DNA from: Orrella daihaiensis | GTDB lineage: Bacteria; Pseudomonadota; Gammaproteobacteria; Burkholderiales; Burkholderiaceae_B | NCBI RefSeq assembly: GCF_022811525.1 | Contig: NZ_CP063982.1 | Span: 1 to 32,000, forward strand | Reading direction: 5' to 3' | Length of the DNA stretch: 32,000 nt | Part shown: positions 19,119 to 27,486 of the stretch, piece by piece | How positions within the stretch are numbered: position 1 is the first letter of the stretch | How the letters are laid out: every line of letters begins with the position of its first letter | Notes under the pieces: generated by a model | Seen by the model: the letters and a program-made list of their open reading frames with translations, nothing else | Database searches by the model: none | Told to the model about the DNA's origin: nothing | Translations under genes and position numbers: made by a program

Positions 19119-19453
19119 TGCCTTGTTCTCCATTTTCTGACTGTCCATTCGGATGGTTGAACTCACCTACACAAAAACAACTCATCACAAATAACACACT
19201 ATCACCGACCTAATCCTTCCACGTATGCTGAGGCGTACCAAATTCGGTAAACACTCGATTCACCCCTTGAAGCGTTTCTGCTTGATCCATTTGGTTAAGT
19301 CAATGTTTCCCAGACTCTCTTGATCGGAATAGATGTCGTTCACTCTATTTATCTGCTGTAAAGCGATCTACTTTTTGGGGAAGTAAGGATGCCTATCGAG
19401 GCGCCGACACACTAAGAAAAGGGGCACCAAATCGATAGGTAATCTCTTTGTGG

Positions 19454-20557
19454 TCACAGCATCAAATCAGGCTCAAGTTTGAAATGAAAATTGCTCAGCT
19501 CAAAACTATTTTGAACACCCTGAAGAATGACTAACGAATCTTCCGCATCAAAACTGGCTCGATCTCCACGATTAATCACCACCCAGGTGTCACCCGAGCC
19601 AAGCGCGTCCGCTACCGCATAAACAAAAGGAAATCCAACTAGTTGATGTTCTTTAGCTTCTTGAAAAGCCGTCGAAAATTTATCAGCTACTTTTTTGGCA
19701 AACAACTCAAAACCATCCTCTTGCAAAGCTCGATCTAAGCCGTGGTCTTGCTCTATCCATACGTATTCATCAACACGTACGTTGCTAGAAACGAGGTCGT
19801 GAATCTCAAGGAAGTTAGTCCCCAAAGAAAAATCCATAATGACATCAGCTGTTTGCAATGTGATACCACTGTCACCGGCTGCGAGAACAAATATATCGTT
19901 GCCCAAGCCGCCACTCAAAGTATCGGCCCCGTGAGCACCTATTAGCCTATCATTGCCAATACCACCTAACAACACATTAGGACCTGACGTTCCCTCGAGT
20001 ATTTTTGGTTGAGGATCGGCCTGTGCATAAAGCCAGTCTTCTGTGGTCCGAACAGAGGCAGGGTCTGCCGAAACGTTGTCAAACGCTCGACCGACTATAT
20101 GAGTTCCGCTGGCACCCAACTCCAATGCAACATACTTCGCAATCTCGACTTTATTACGCACAATCGCAGTATCTTCGGGATGCGTATTATCCCCCCCAAC
20201 AAATGCTGTCTCGATCTTGCCAACGGCAATCTCGGCAAACGTGTGGCCCTGTTTAAGTTTATTGAGCCAGAACTCTCTTCCTTCGGCATCCGGTTCCCGA
20301 TCGAGTGCGTTCTTATAAAAACGACGAATAGCTTGACTCACATCGGCATCACCATATGTGCTTGTAGATAGATCACCGTACATCTCTCGATATTCGGAAC
20401 TTCTTGCAAACTCATCTGCCAAGTCATTCATTGTGACAGCGCCATGGCTTAAAGCGCGCACCCAGTGGCTCATACCCTCAGCGTCAGGCGCACGCCCAAA
20501 AAATACGATGTATAGCTCAGCGACTTGGTTCTGATAGGTCTCTAACGGTGTTGCCAT
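19454..20557 (-). CDS. DUF4214-domain protein with a few RTX repeats and a T1SS-type C-terminal domain (367 aa); paralog of 18075-19118
   Basis: MATPLETYQNQVAELYIVFFGRAPDAEGMSHWVRAL; FYKNALDREPDAEGREFWLNKL; GGIGNDRLIGAHGADTLSGGLGNDIF; GDTWVVINRGDRASFDAEDSLVILQGV. Confidence 0.88.
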   Translation of the reverse strand: MATPLETYQNQVAELYIVFFGRAPDAEGMSHWVRALSHGAVTMNDLADEFARSSEYREMYGDLSTSTYGDADVSQAIRRFYKNALDREPDAEGREFWLNKLKQGHTFAEIAVGKIETAFVGGDNTHPEDTAIVRNKVEIAKYVALELGASGTHIVGRAFDNVSADPASVRTTEDWLYAQADPQPKILEGTSGPNVLLGGIGNDRLIGAHGADTLSGGLGNDIFVLAAGDSGITLQTADVIMDFSLGTNFLEIHDLVSSNVRVDEYVWIEQDHGLDRALQEDGFELFAKKVADKFSTAFQEAKEHQLVGFPFVYAVADALGSGDTWVVINRGDRASFDAEDSLVILQGVQNSFELSNFHFKLEPDLML

Positions 20558-20773
20558 GGATTGGCTCGCTTTTAAATCTGTTGTTAGTTGGCTTTGTCAG
20601 ACATCACCCGACTATGTGCAAATAGTGCGGCTGAGCTGAACCGGTGGAACGCCTTGGGATAATTAACTGACCATTCATTTGTTAGTCAGTTCCGTAACTG
20701 CTTGGAGCGCAACAACACTCAGGGCCTCTTTTGAAACCAGTTTTTGTATTGTCCGAGAGACAACGAGAGTTTT

Positions 20774-20789
20774 CTCTCACAATCTCTCA
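20774..20789 (+). promoter_or_regulatory. Direct repeat CTCTCAC-aat-CTCTCAC upstream of 19454-20557 (also one arm of a GAGAG/CTCTC hairpin)
   Basis: Read directly. CTCTCA at 20774 and 20784 (10-bp spacing). It is preceded by GAGAGA-caac-GAGAG, which can pair with it. Confidence 0.45.
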
Positions 20790-20894
20790 CGAGCTTGGAT
20801 GTGATGGCCAATGATCGCCAAGAAAGGCTAGTTAAGGATATCCTTGCCTCACATCAAATAGGGATGCGGCTTAAGGGTAAGGACTTGCCAGGGC

Positions 20895-22187
20895 TTAAGC
20901 CGCCAGCCAACTCTGCGAGTCGCCCAGGAGAGCAATATCGGCTGGGGTGACCATGAATGCCGCGACCGCCATATCACCACCACTACCAGCATAATTCACA
21001 TCATTGCGTGCGATTTCTCCACTGACCTTTTGATGTGCCTCTTCTGACTGGGCAATGATGGCCGCAATTTCAGCGCGCGTGAGCAAGCCGGCTTCGTAGG
21101 ACTCAGCCCAGTAGTTTTGTGCTGCTTGTTCAGGCTCTCGTTCAAGCACATTCACATAGAGTTTGCGCAAGTAATCAATATCCGATTCCGTGGCATCGGT
21201 CTTGAGTTCGTATTCGTATGAATCAATAAAATCCTGCGCAATGACCGCCAGTGACACTTGGCTATCGAGTATGCCCTTCCAATAGGCCAGCCCTTGTGCA
21301 TCTGGTGTGCGGCCCAATAGTGCTTGATAGAGAGCAAACAAATCATTCACACTGGCCAGATCATCATCTTGATAGACCTGCCCGACGGAATACAAATTGT
21401 CTTCAGACAAACCAAGCGCACCATTTGCGCCCGAATCACCATCTGGTCCATGGTGATAGATGCCGCTATCTCCACCCGGGCCGCCTTGACCTGCTTGCCC
21501 TCCGGCACCACCGGTACCGGCGTTCGATTCATAGGTGACCTTGTCTAGCCTTAATATGCCGGCATTAAAAAGTGCCCCAACGCCCGCACCACCTTCCCCA
21601 CCGTTGCCACCGTCACCGCCATGACCACCGTGCCACATTGTGCTGTAACCACCAATGCCACCTGCACCACCATTTCCACCGCCACCACCTCGAGCAATGT
21701 TGCCAATGAATTCAACGTTATAGAGAGAAACATTGGCACCGGCTGTGATCGCTAGCCCTGCTCCCAGGGCACTACCACCCACACCACCATTCTCGCCATT
21801 ACCACCACTGCCACCGCCACTGAACACGTGGTGACTGCCTGTACTGCCTTGGCCTCCATTCTCACCATGGACACCAATCAATTCACCACCGTAAAACGTG
21901 AGATTACCTATAAAGACACTCCCATCAAAAAGCGGCATGCCCAAGAGCCCGCGCCCATCAATCAGCATCAAGCCATTGCCATCACCCATGATTGAATGGC
22001 CCAGACCGTTGATGGTGAGGGAATCGCCCGACCGGACACCAAACTCAAAGTAATGAGTCGATCTAGACCAAACAGCTCCAGTTAGGTCGATATCAGTCGT
22101 GATGTAGATCGTGTCACTTTCAGCGTTCTCTGCTTGCTGAAAGAGTGCGTCTGCGAGCTCTTGTGCATTGTTGACGTAGTAATCCAA
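20895..22187 (-). CDS. Glycine-rich beta-helix-like repeat protein with C-terminal DUF4214-type repeats (430 aa)
   Basis: TTG start 8 nt after the stop of the upstream gene, with AGGA in between. The N-terminal half has GG(A/N)GG runs alternating with segments such as GAGLAITAGANVSLYNVEFIGNIARGGGGGNGG and GVGALFNAGILRLDKVTYESNAGTGGAGG, the pattern of parallel beta-helix / Pmp-like repeats. The C-terminal half has LYQALLGRTPDAQGLAYWKGIL and LYVNVLEREPEQAAQNYWAESY. Confidence 0.8.
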   Translation of the reverse strand: MDYYVNNAQELADALFQQAENAESDTIYITTDIDLTGAVWSRSTHYFEFGVRSGDSLTINGLGHSIMGDGNGLMLIDGRGLLGMPLFDGSVFIGNLTFYGGELIGVHGENGGQGSTGSHHVFSGGGSGGNGENGGVGGSALGAGLAITAGANVSLYNVEFIGNIARGGGGGNGGAGGIGGYSTMWHGGHGGDGGNGGEGGAGVGALFNAGILRLDKVTYESNAGTGGAGGQAGQGGPGGDSGIYHHGPDGDSGANGALGLSEDNLYSVGQVYQDDDLASVNDLFALYQALLGRTPDAQGLAYWKGILDSQVSLAVIAQDFIDSYEYELKTDATESDIDYLRKLYVNVLEREPEQAAQNYWAESYEAGLLTRAEIAAIIAQSEEAHQKVSGEIARNDVNYAGSGGDMAVAAFMVTPADIALLGDSQSWLAA

Positions 22188-22195
22188 AACGTCCT

Positions 22196-24760
22196 CTATG
22201 AGTAAAGATCGCCAATCGAGTATGACGAAAACCGACTCATCACAAATAGATCATCCATTCCTACCTGACCAGTCGATGAGCTCTGTGACTCTGCCGAGGT
22301 GAGTAGGCTGATGATGAGCTCGCCCTCGGTTGCTTCATGCACCACCAACGCTTCGACCCAGTGGCTAAGTCCCTCGGTATCAGGGGCTCGGTCGAGGATC
22401 GCTTCGTAGAGCTCTTCGACCAGTTGTTCTTCTGATGGTGTGCCATACAGTTGTTTGAACTCTGTCGATTCGGCTAGCGCTTGTGCGACGTCTTGTAATG
22501 TCGCACCTTGGCTCATCTGTTCAACCCAGTACGTTAAGCCTTCAACATCAGGGCTACGACCCAACACCTCTTCATACAAATGATCTAACTCCTGATACGC
22601 CACACCGCTTGCCATCTGATCATCGGCTTTGATTAGCTCGGCATCGGAGAAAGTAATTCTCTCCACCCCTCTGACAATGATCCGGCCCTCGGGGCCATAG
22701 AGCGTGGCTTGTAGCTGCCCCTCAAAGGACTCTTGGGTGATCACATAGTCTGCCATGGCATTCGATAGCTTGACCGTGTCTTGACCCCCATTGCCTTGAA
22801 TCACCCAGTTACCCACGATGACTTCAAACACATTGTCTTGGGCGTTACCGGTGACCGTATTGTTCAGTCCGTTCTCGGTTAGACGGATATGTTCAATATC
22901 ATCGGGTAGTGCCACGTCTTGTTGGTGACCGTGGATGAGAAGATCAATATTGGCAGTACCTAGTCCTGTAGCCAGTGCACCGTGTTGCTCAACCGTGATG
23001 ACGTTACCCCCGGTGCTGTGGGTGGTCGTTGACGTCACAGCCGCTTCGGTATCTGACCCATCCCAGTAGAACTGAATGAGCTCTGACGCAAGTGACACGT
23101 TGCCTGCTGCATCCACTTGTCTGACCTGCACTTGATTCAGTCCTGACTGGGCTTCAAACGTATCGCTCCACGTCTGACCACCATCAATCGAGAACTCAAG
23201 TGTGGCTCCGTCTTCCACCTTGCCAAACGAGAGCTTGCCCGTGCTCGTACGAGGAATCGTATCGTTGCTATCTGCTGGTACAGCGGCTTTAAATGCGGGT
23301 GCAGCCAATGGAGCTGCAACCGCCACCCCATCAACCACCACCTCAGGTGCCTCAGGCGCTGTCGTGTCCAATACAAAGGTGATGGCCCGAGTAGCGGCTG
23401 AGGCCTGACCCAGTACATTGACCTGGCGAACATATAGGGTATTACTGCCTTCCTGGGCCGTAAACGTCTCGGACCACGTGGTGCCATCAGAGGAATATTC
23501 CACCCTTGCCTGAGGCCACACGCCAGAGACATCCAACTCAAACTTGCCCGTGATCTTGTCACCGGCGACTTGACCGTTCTCGTCTAACACCTGCACCCCT
23601 GGCACCGGTGTGACAATCTCGGGCAGGTTCGCCGCCGTGATGAACTCACTGAAACTACCCTGTACATCGCCCATCTGCAGGTTGTTCTCGCCACCAGTGC
23701 CAATCACCGTACGGCCCCGCAAGTCCGGCAAAGCAAATGTGGTGACGCCGTCGCCACCAAATGCCGTTCCAAGCAAGGAATACAAAGCGTCGTTATTCGC
23801 GATAGAAAGCAGTTGGCCTTGCGCAAGTACCCAACCATCTGGGATTCGCTGCCCGGCAAACAACATCACTTGACCGAGCATTGGGGTGTAATCGTCGTAA
23901 TACCAATAACCACCCCTTGTATTAATGATGTAGTTCATTCCCAGAGAAGGTTGCATCGTATTGACTAACTGACCTTGTGGCTCAGCAATGTCAACGTTGT
24001 TAAGGCTCAGCGATGAAGCACCTAGTTTTTGACCGGTATAAATCTGCTGACCATTGGACGCCAATCCTGTTCCGACCGGCACATGATTGCGCAAGTCTGG
24101 CAAAGCAAACGTATTAACGCCATCACCACCATATGCTCTGCCTAAAATTGAATAGAGCACTGGGTTGTCTCTGACACTCAATAGTCGACCGTCGGCCGGT
24201 AAAAAACCATCAGGTACTCCACCTTGAGTGGGTGCTGCGTAGGGGTACACCATCCCGATCGTGCTCAAGCTTGGTAGCCCGCCATTTGCTGGATAAAGGC
24301 CCGTGGTCTGAATGACATATTGCATGCCAAGCCCGTACTGCTGATTAGCAATAGGGTCTGAGAGACCACCCAACGCCGATGGCAACTGTCCAGGGGAAAT
24401 AAATTCAGTATTGTCTGGAGTACCCTGCGTGGTTCCCCAGAGAGTGGGGCCCGTGCCTTGTTTCAGATACAGAGGGGCTGCCCCTTGTAAATCAGGCAAT
24501 CGGTAGGTAGTCGACTGACTGCCGCCGTAGGTATTACCTAACAGCGCATACACCGCTTGATTGCTATTGATGTCTATCGTCTGACCATTGGCTTGTAAAA
24601 GTGTTTTGACACGCGAGGGATCAAACGCTGTCTGATAAATGAAACCCAGAAAGCTTGCATCATTCCCTCCCCCGCCATAAAAACTCGGGAACGGCCCTTG
24701 AAACACAAACGACTGTGGAAGTGCCAGAGCTGGTTGGCCTAAATTAACCGGGGTCGTCAC
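22196..24760 (-). CDS. Triple phage-tail-collar-domain protein with two Ig-like domains and C-terminal DUF4214 repeats (paralog 1, 854 aa)
   Basis: GTG start with AGGAGA 6 nt upstream. Collar (MdpB-like) signatures occur three times: LQANGQTIDINSNQAVYALLGNTYGGSQSTTYRLPDLQG; LPADGRLLSVRDNPVLYSILGRAYGGDGVNTFALPDLRNHVPVG; LAQGQLLSIANNDALYSLLGTAFGGDGVTTFALPDLRGRTVIG. Ig-like modules end in DTTAPEAPEV and DAAGNVS. C-terminal DUF4214 repeats: LYEEVLGRSPDVEGLTYWVEQM and LYEAILDRAPDTEGLSHWVEAL. Confidence 0.9.
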   Translation of the reverse strand: MTTPVNLGQPALALPQSFVFQGPFPSFYGGGGNDASFLGFIYQTAFDPSRVKTLLQANGQTIDINSNQAVYALLGNTYGGSQSTTYRLPDLQGAAPLYLKQGTGPTLWGTTQGTPDNTEFISPGQLPSALGGLSDPIANQQYGLGMQYVIQTTGLYPANGGLPSLSTIGMVYPYAAPTQGGVPDGFLPADGRLLSVRDNPVLYSILGRAYGGDGVNTFALPDLRNHVPVGTGLASNGQQIYTGQKLGASSLSLNNVDIAEPQGQLVNTMQPSLGMNYIINTRGGYWYYDDYTPMLGQVMLFAGQRIPDGWVLAQGQLLSIANNDALYSLLGTAFGGDGVTTFALPDLRGRTVIGTGGENNLQMGDVQGSFSEFITAANLPEIVTPVPGVQVLDENGQVAGDKITGKFELDVSGVWPQARVEYSSDGTTWSETFTAQEGSNTLYVRQVNVLGQASAATRAITFVLDTTAPEAPEVVVDGVAVAAPLAAPAFKAAVPADSNDTIPRTSTGKLSFGKVEDGATLEFSIDGGQTWSDTFEAQSGLNQVQVRQVDAAGNVSLASELIQFYWDGSDTEAAVTSTTTHSTGGNVITVEQHGALATGLGTANIDLLIHGHQQDVALPDDIEHIRLTENGLNNTVTGNAQDNVFEVIVGNWVIQGNGGQDTVKLSNAMADYVITQESFEGQLQATLYGPEGRIIVRGVERITFSDAELIKADDQMASGVAYQELDHLYEEVLGRSPDVEGLTYWVEQMSQGATLQDVAQALAESTEFKQLYGTPSEEQLVEELYEAILDRAPDTEGLSHWVEALVVHEATEGELIISLLTSAESQSSSTGQVGMDDLFVMSRFSSYSIGDLYS

Positions 24761-24893
24761 CGAAGCTCTCCTGACAAAGGGTGGTAAGACATTAGAGGAT
24801 TGCCCTCAAACATACCGATAGGTACGAGCAGTACCATGTTTTAAGGATTTTTAGCGGTTTTAGCAACAAAAAATTGTGACCAATACAAGTAAC

Positions 24894-27416
24894 TTATCCC
24901 GGCACAAACAACCCATTACCGCTGACTTGGTTCGTCGACGCACTCTGCGACTCTGCCGAGGTGAGTAGGCTGATGATGAGCTCACCCTCGGTTGCCTCAT
25001 GCACCACCAGCGCTTCGGTCCAGTAGGCAAGCCCTTCAGTGTCAGGGGCTCTGTTTAATATGGCTTCGTAGAGTTCCTCGACCAGTTGTTCTTCTGACGG
25101 TGTGCCGTACAGCTGCTTGAACTCTGTAGACTCGGCTAGCGCTTGAGCGACGTCTTGTAATGTCGCTCCTTGGTTCATCTGCTCAACCCAGTACGTTAAT
25201 CCTTCAGCATCAGGGCTGCGTCCCAAGACTTCTTCGTACAGATGATCGATTTCGGTGATGTCTGTGCCAGTGGTTTTGATGAGGGTGACATCACTGAACT
25301 CGATCGTCTCAACGTCTCTGACAATGATCCGACCCTCGGGGCCGTAGAGCGTGGCTTGGAGTTGCCCGTTAAGTTGACCGTTATGGGACTCTTGAGTGAT
25401 CACGTAGTCTGCGAGAGCGTTCGATAGCTTGACCGTATCCTGACCCCCACTGCCTTCAATCACCCAGTTACCGACGATGACTTCAAACACGTTGTCTTGG
25501 GCGTTACCGGTGACCGTGTTGTTCAGTCCATTCTCAGTTAAGCGGATGTGTTCAATGTCATCGGGTAGTGCCACATCTTGTTGGTGACCGTGGATGAGAA
25601 GATCAATATTGGCAGTACCTAGTCCTGTAGCCAGTGCACCGTGTTGCTCAACCGTGATGAGATTGCCACCGGTGCTGTGGGTGGTCGTTGACGTCACAGC
25701 CGCTTCGGTATCTGACCCATCCCAGTAGAACTGAATCAGCTCTGAGGCAGGTGACACATTGCCAGCCATATCCACTTGTCTGACCTGCACCTGATTCAGT
25801 CCAGGTTGAGCTTCAAACGTATCGCTCCACGTCTGACCACCATCAATTGAGAACTCCAGTATGGCACCGTCTTCGACCTTGCCAAACGAGAGCTTGCCCG
25901 TGCTGGTGCGAGGAATCGTATCGTTGCTATCTGCTGGTACAGCGGCTTTAAATGCGGGTGCTGCCAATGGAGCTGCAACCGCCACCCCATCAACCACCAC
26001 CTCAGGTGCCTCAGGGGCTGTCGTGTCCAATACAAAGGTGATGGCCCGGGTAGCGGCTGAGGCCTGACCCAGTACATTGATCTGGCGTACATACAGGGTA
26101 TTACTGCCTTCCTGGGCCGCAAACGTCTCGGACCATGTCGTGCCGTCTGTGGAATACTCCACCCGCGCCTGAGGCCACACGCCCGCAATATCCAACTCTA
26201 ACTTGCCGGTGACCTTATTACCACTGATCTGGCCCGGCTGCACAACGAGTTGTACGCCCGGCACAATAACCGGGAAATCGACACTTCCCTCCGGTAATGC
26301 GCTGACCGCGGACCCTTGTTTATCACCGATTTGCAAGTTGTTCACACCACCTGTTCCGATGATTGCTCGTCCACTTAGGTTAGGCAGGGCAAACGTCACC
26401 TCACCATCACCACCGAAATGAGTGCCCAATAATGAAAACAAAGCCTGATGCTGGGCGATTGCCAGAACCTGGCCTTGCGCCTGCATCCAGCCTCCAGGCA
26501 GGTACTGACCCGCATACAGTGTCACCTGACCGAGCATCGGGTAATTGGTGTCGTAGGCCTGATATAGACCATCGGTATTGATGATGTAACGCATCCCGAG
26601 TGAAGGTGGTTGTACATTCACTTGCCCACTACCAACAACGGGTAAGTTATGGTCCGTGATCACAGTTTGGGCTGCCCCAAGCACACTACCCGCAAGCAAC
26701 TCATCACCGCCTGGTATCAATCCCATTCCAACTGGGACGCGGTTACGCAAATCGGGTAATGCAAAGGTGTTCACACCATCGCCACCATAAGTTGTGCCCA
26801 CTACAGCGGCCAAGGCTTTGTATTCATCGATGTTCAACAAACGGCCATCTGCTGGTAAAAACCCAGCTGGCATCCGCTCAGATTCAACCGGTCCTGCAAA
26901 TGGATACACCATGCCTATGGTCGTCATGGTGGGAGAGTTACCAGATGGGAATGTTCCGCTGACCTGAATCAGGTACTGCATCGTCAATGCTTCTTGCTGA
27001 TTGTCAATCGGTATGGATCTACCACCAAGCTCCGGTGGCATTTGCCACTGGTTCAACGTTATCTGATTACCGGGGTGGCCAAGTTCGGCTCCCCAGATAG
27101 GATGAGCCTGACCTTCAAAAGTCTGTGTTTTGACGAAGGGCATAGACCCTTGCAGGTCTGGCAACTTGGGGTTACCGTCCCAGTACGTATTGCCTAGAAG
27201 GCTATACAACGGGGTAGCCGCATTCAAAAACTGACCTTGAGCGGGCGCGACTGTTTGAATCCGCGTTGGTTCAAACGCGAGATTCAGTATGAAGCCAAGC
27301 GATGCCGCTGTACCATAACCATCCGGTCCACCCTGGAAGTTCGGAAACATGCCACCGGTCACGATCACCTGTGGCATTGCCACACTGGGCATTGCAATCG
27401 AAATTGGCTCTGACAC
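24894..27416 (-). CDS. Triple phage-tail-collar-domain / Ig-like / DUF4214 protein (paralog 2, 840 aa)
   Basis: GTG start with GGGAGAG 5 nt upstream. Same architecture as paralog 1. The first collar unit is degenerate (LYSLLGNTYWDGNPKLPDLQG). The second and third are canonical (LPADGRLLNIDEYKALAAVVGTTYGGDGVNTFALPDLRNRVPVG; QAQGQVLAIAQHQALFSLLGTHFGGDGEVTFALPNLSGRAIIG). Confidence 0.9.
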   Translation of the reverse strand: MSEPISIAMPSVAMPQVIVTGGMFPNFQGGPDGYGTAASLGFILNLAFEPTRIQTVAPAQGQFLNAATPLYSLLGNTYWDGNPKLPDLQGSMPFVKTQTFEGQAHPIWGAELGHPGNQITLNQWQMPPELGGRSIPIDNQQEALTMQYLIQVSGTFPSGNSPTMTTIGMVYPFAGPVESERMPAGFLPADGRLLNIDEYKALAAVVGTTYGGDGVNTFALPDLRNRVPVGMGLIPGGDELLAGSVLGAAQTVITDHNLPVVGSGQVNVQPPSLGMRYIINTDGLYQAYDTNYPMLGQVTLYAGQYLPGGWMQAQGQVLAIAQHQALFSLLGTHFGGDGEVTFALPNLSGRAIIGTGGVNNLQIGDKQGSAVSALPEGSVDFPVIVPGVQLVVQPGQISGNKVTGKLELDIAGVWPQARVEYSTDGTTWSETFAAQEGSNTLYVRQINVLGQASAATRAITFVLDTTAPEAPEVVVDGVAVAAPLAAPAFKAAVPADSNDTIPRTSTGKLSFGKVEDGAILEFSIDGGQTWSDTFEAQPGLNQVQVRQVDMAGNVSPASELIQFYWDGSDTEAAVTSTTTHSTGGNLITVEQHGALATGLGTANIDLLIHGHQQDVALPDDIEHIRLTENGLNNTVTGNAQDNVFEVIVGNWVIEGSGGQDTVKLSNALADYVITQESHNGQLNGQLQATLYGPEGRIIVRDVETIEFSDVTLIKTTGTDITEIDHLYEEVLGRSPDAEGLTYWVEQMNQGATLQDVAQALAESTEFKQLYGTPSEEQLVEELYEAILNRAPDTEGLAYWTEALVVHEATEGELIISLLTSAESQSASTNQVSGNGLFVPG

Positions 27417-27486
27417 TGGATCTCTCCCGTTATATCTTACTATTTATTCTGCGCACTCGGTCAGGCTCGCTCTGACCAATCATTCA

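Noticed and set aside
20744-20950. Plus-strand 68-aa ORF overlapping the 3' end of the 430-aa gene.
   Set aside because: It has a non-canonical start and no RBS. It spans an intergenic region full of regulatory-looking repeats and runs antisense into a supported CDS.
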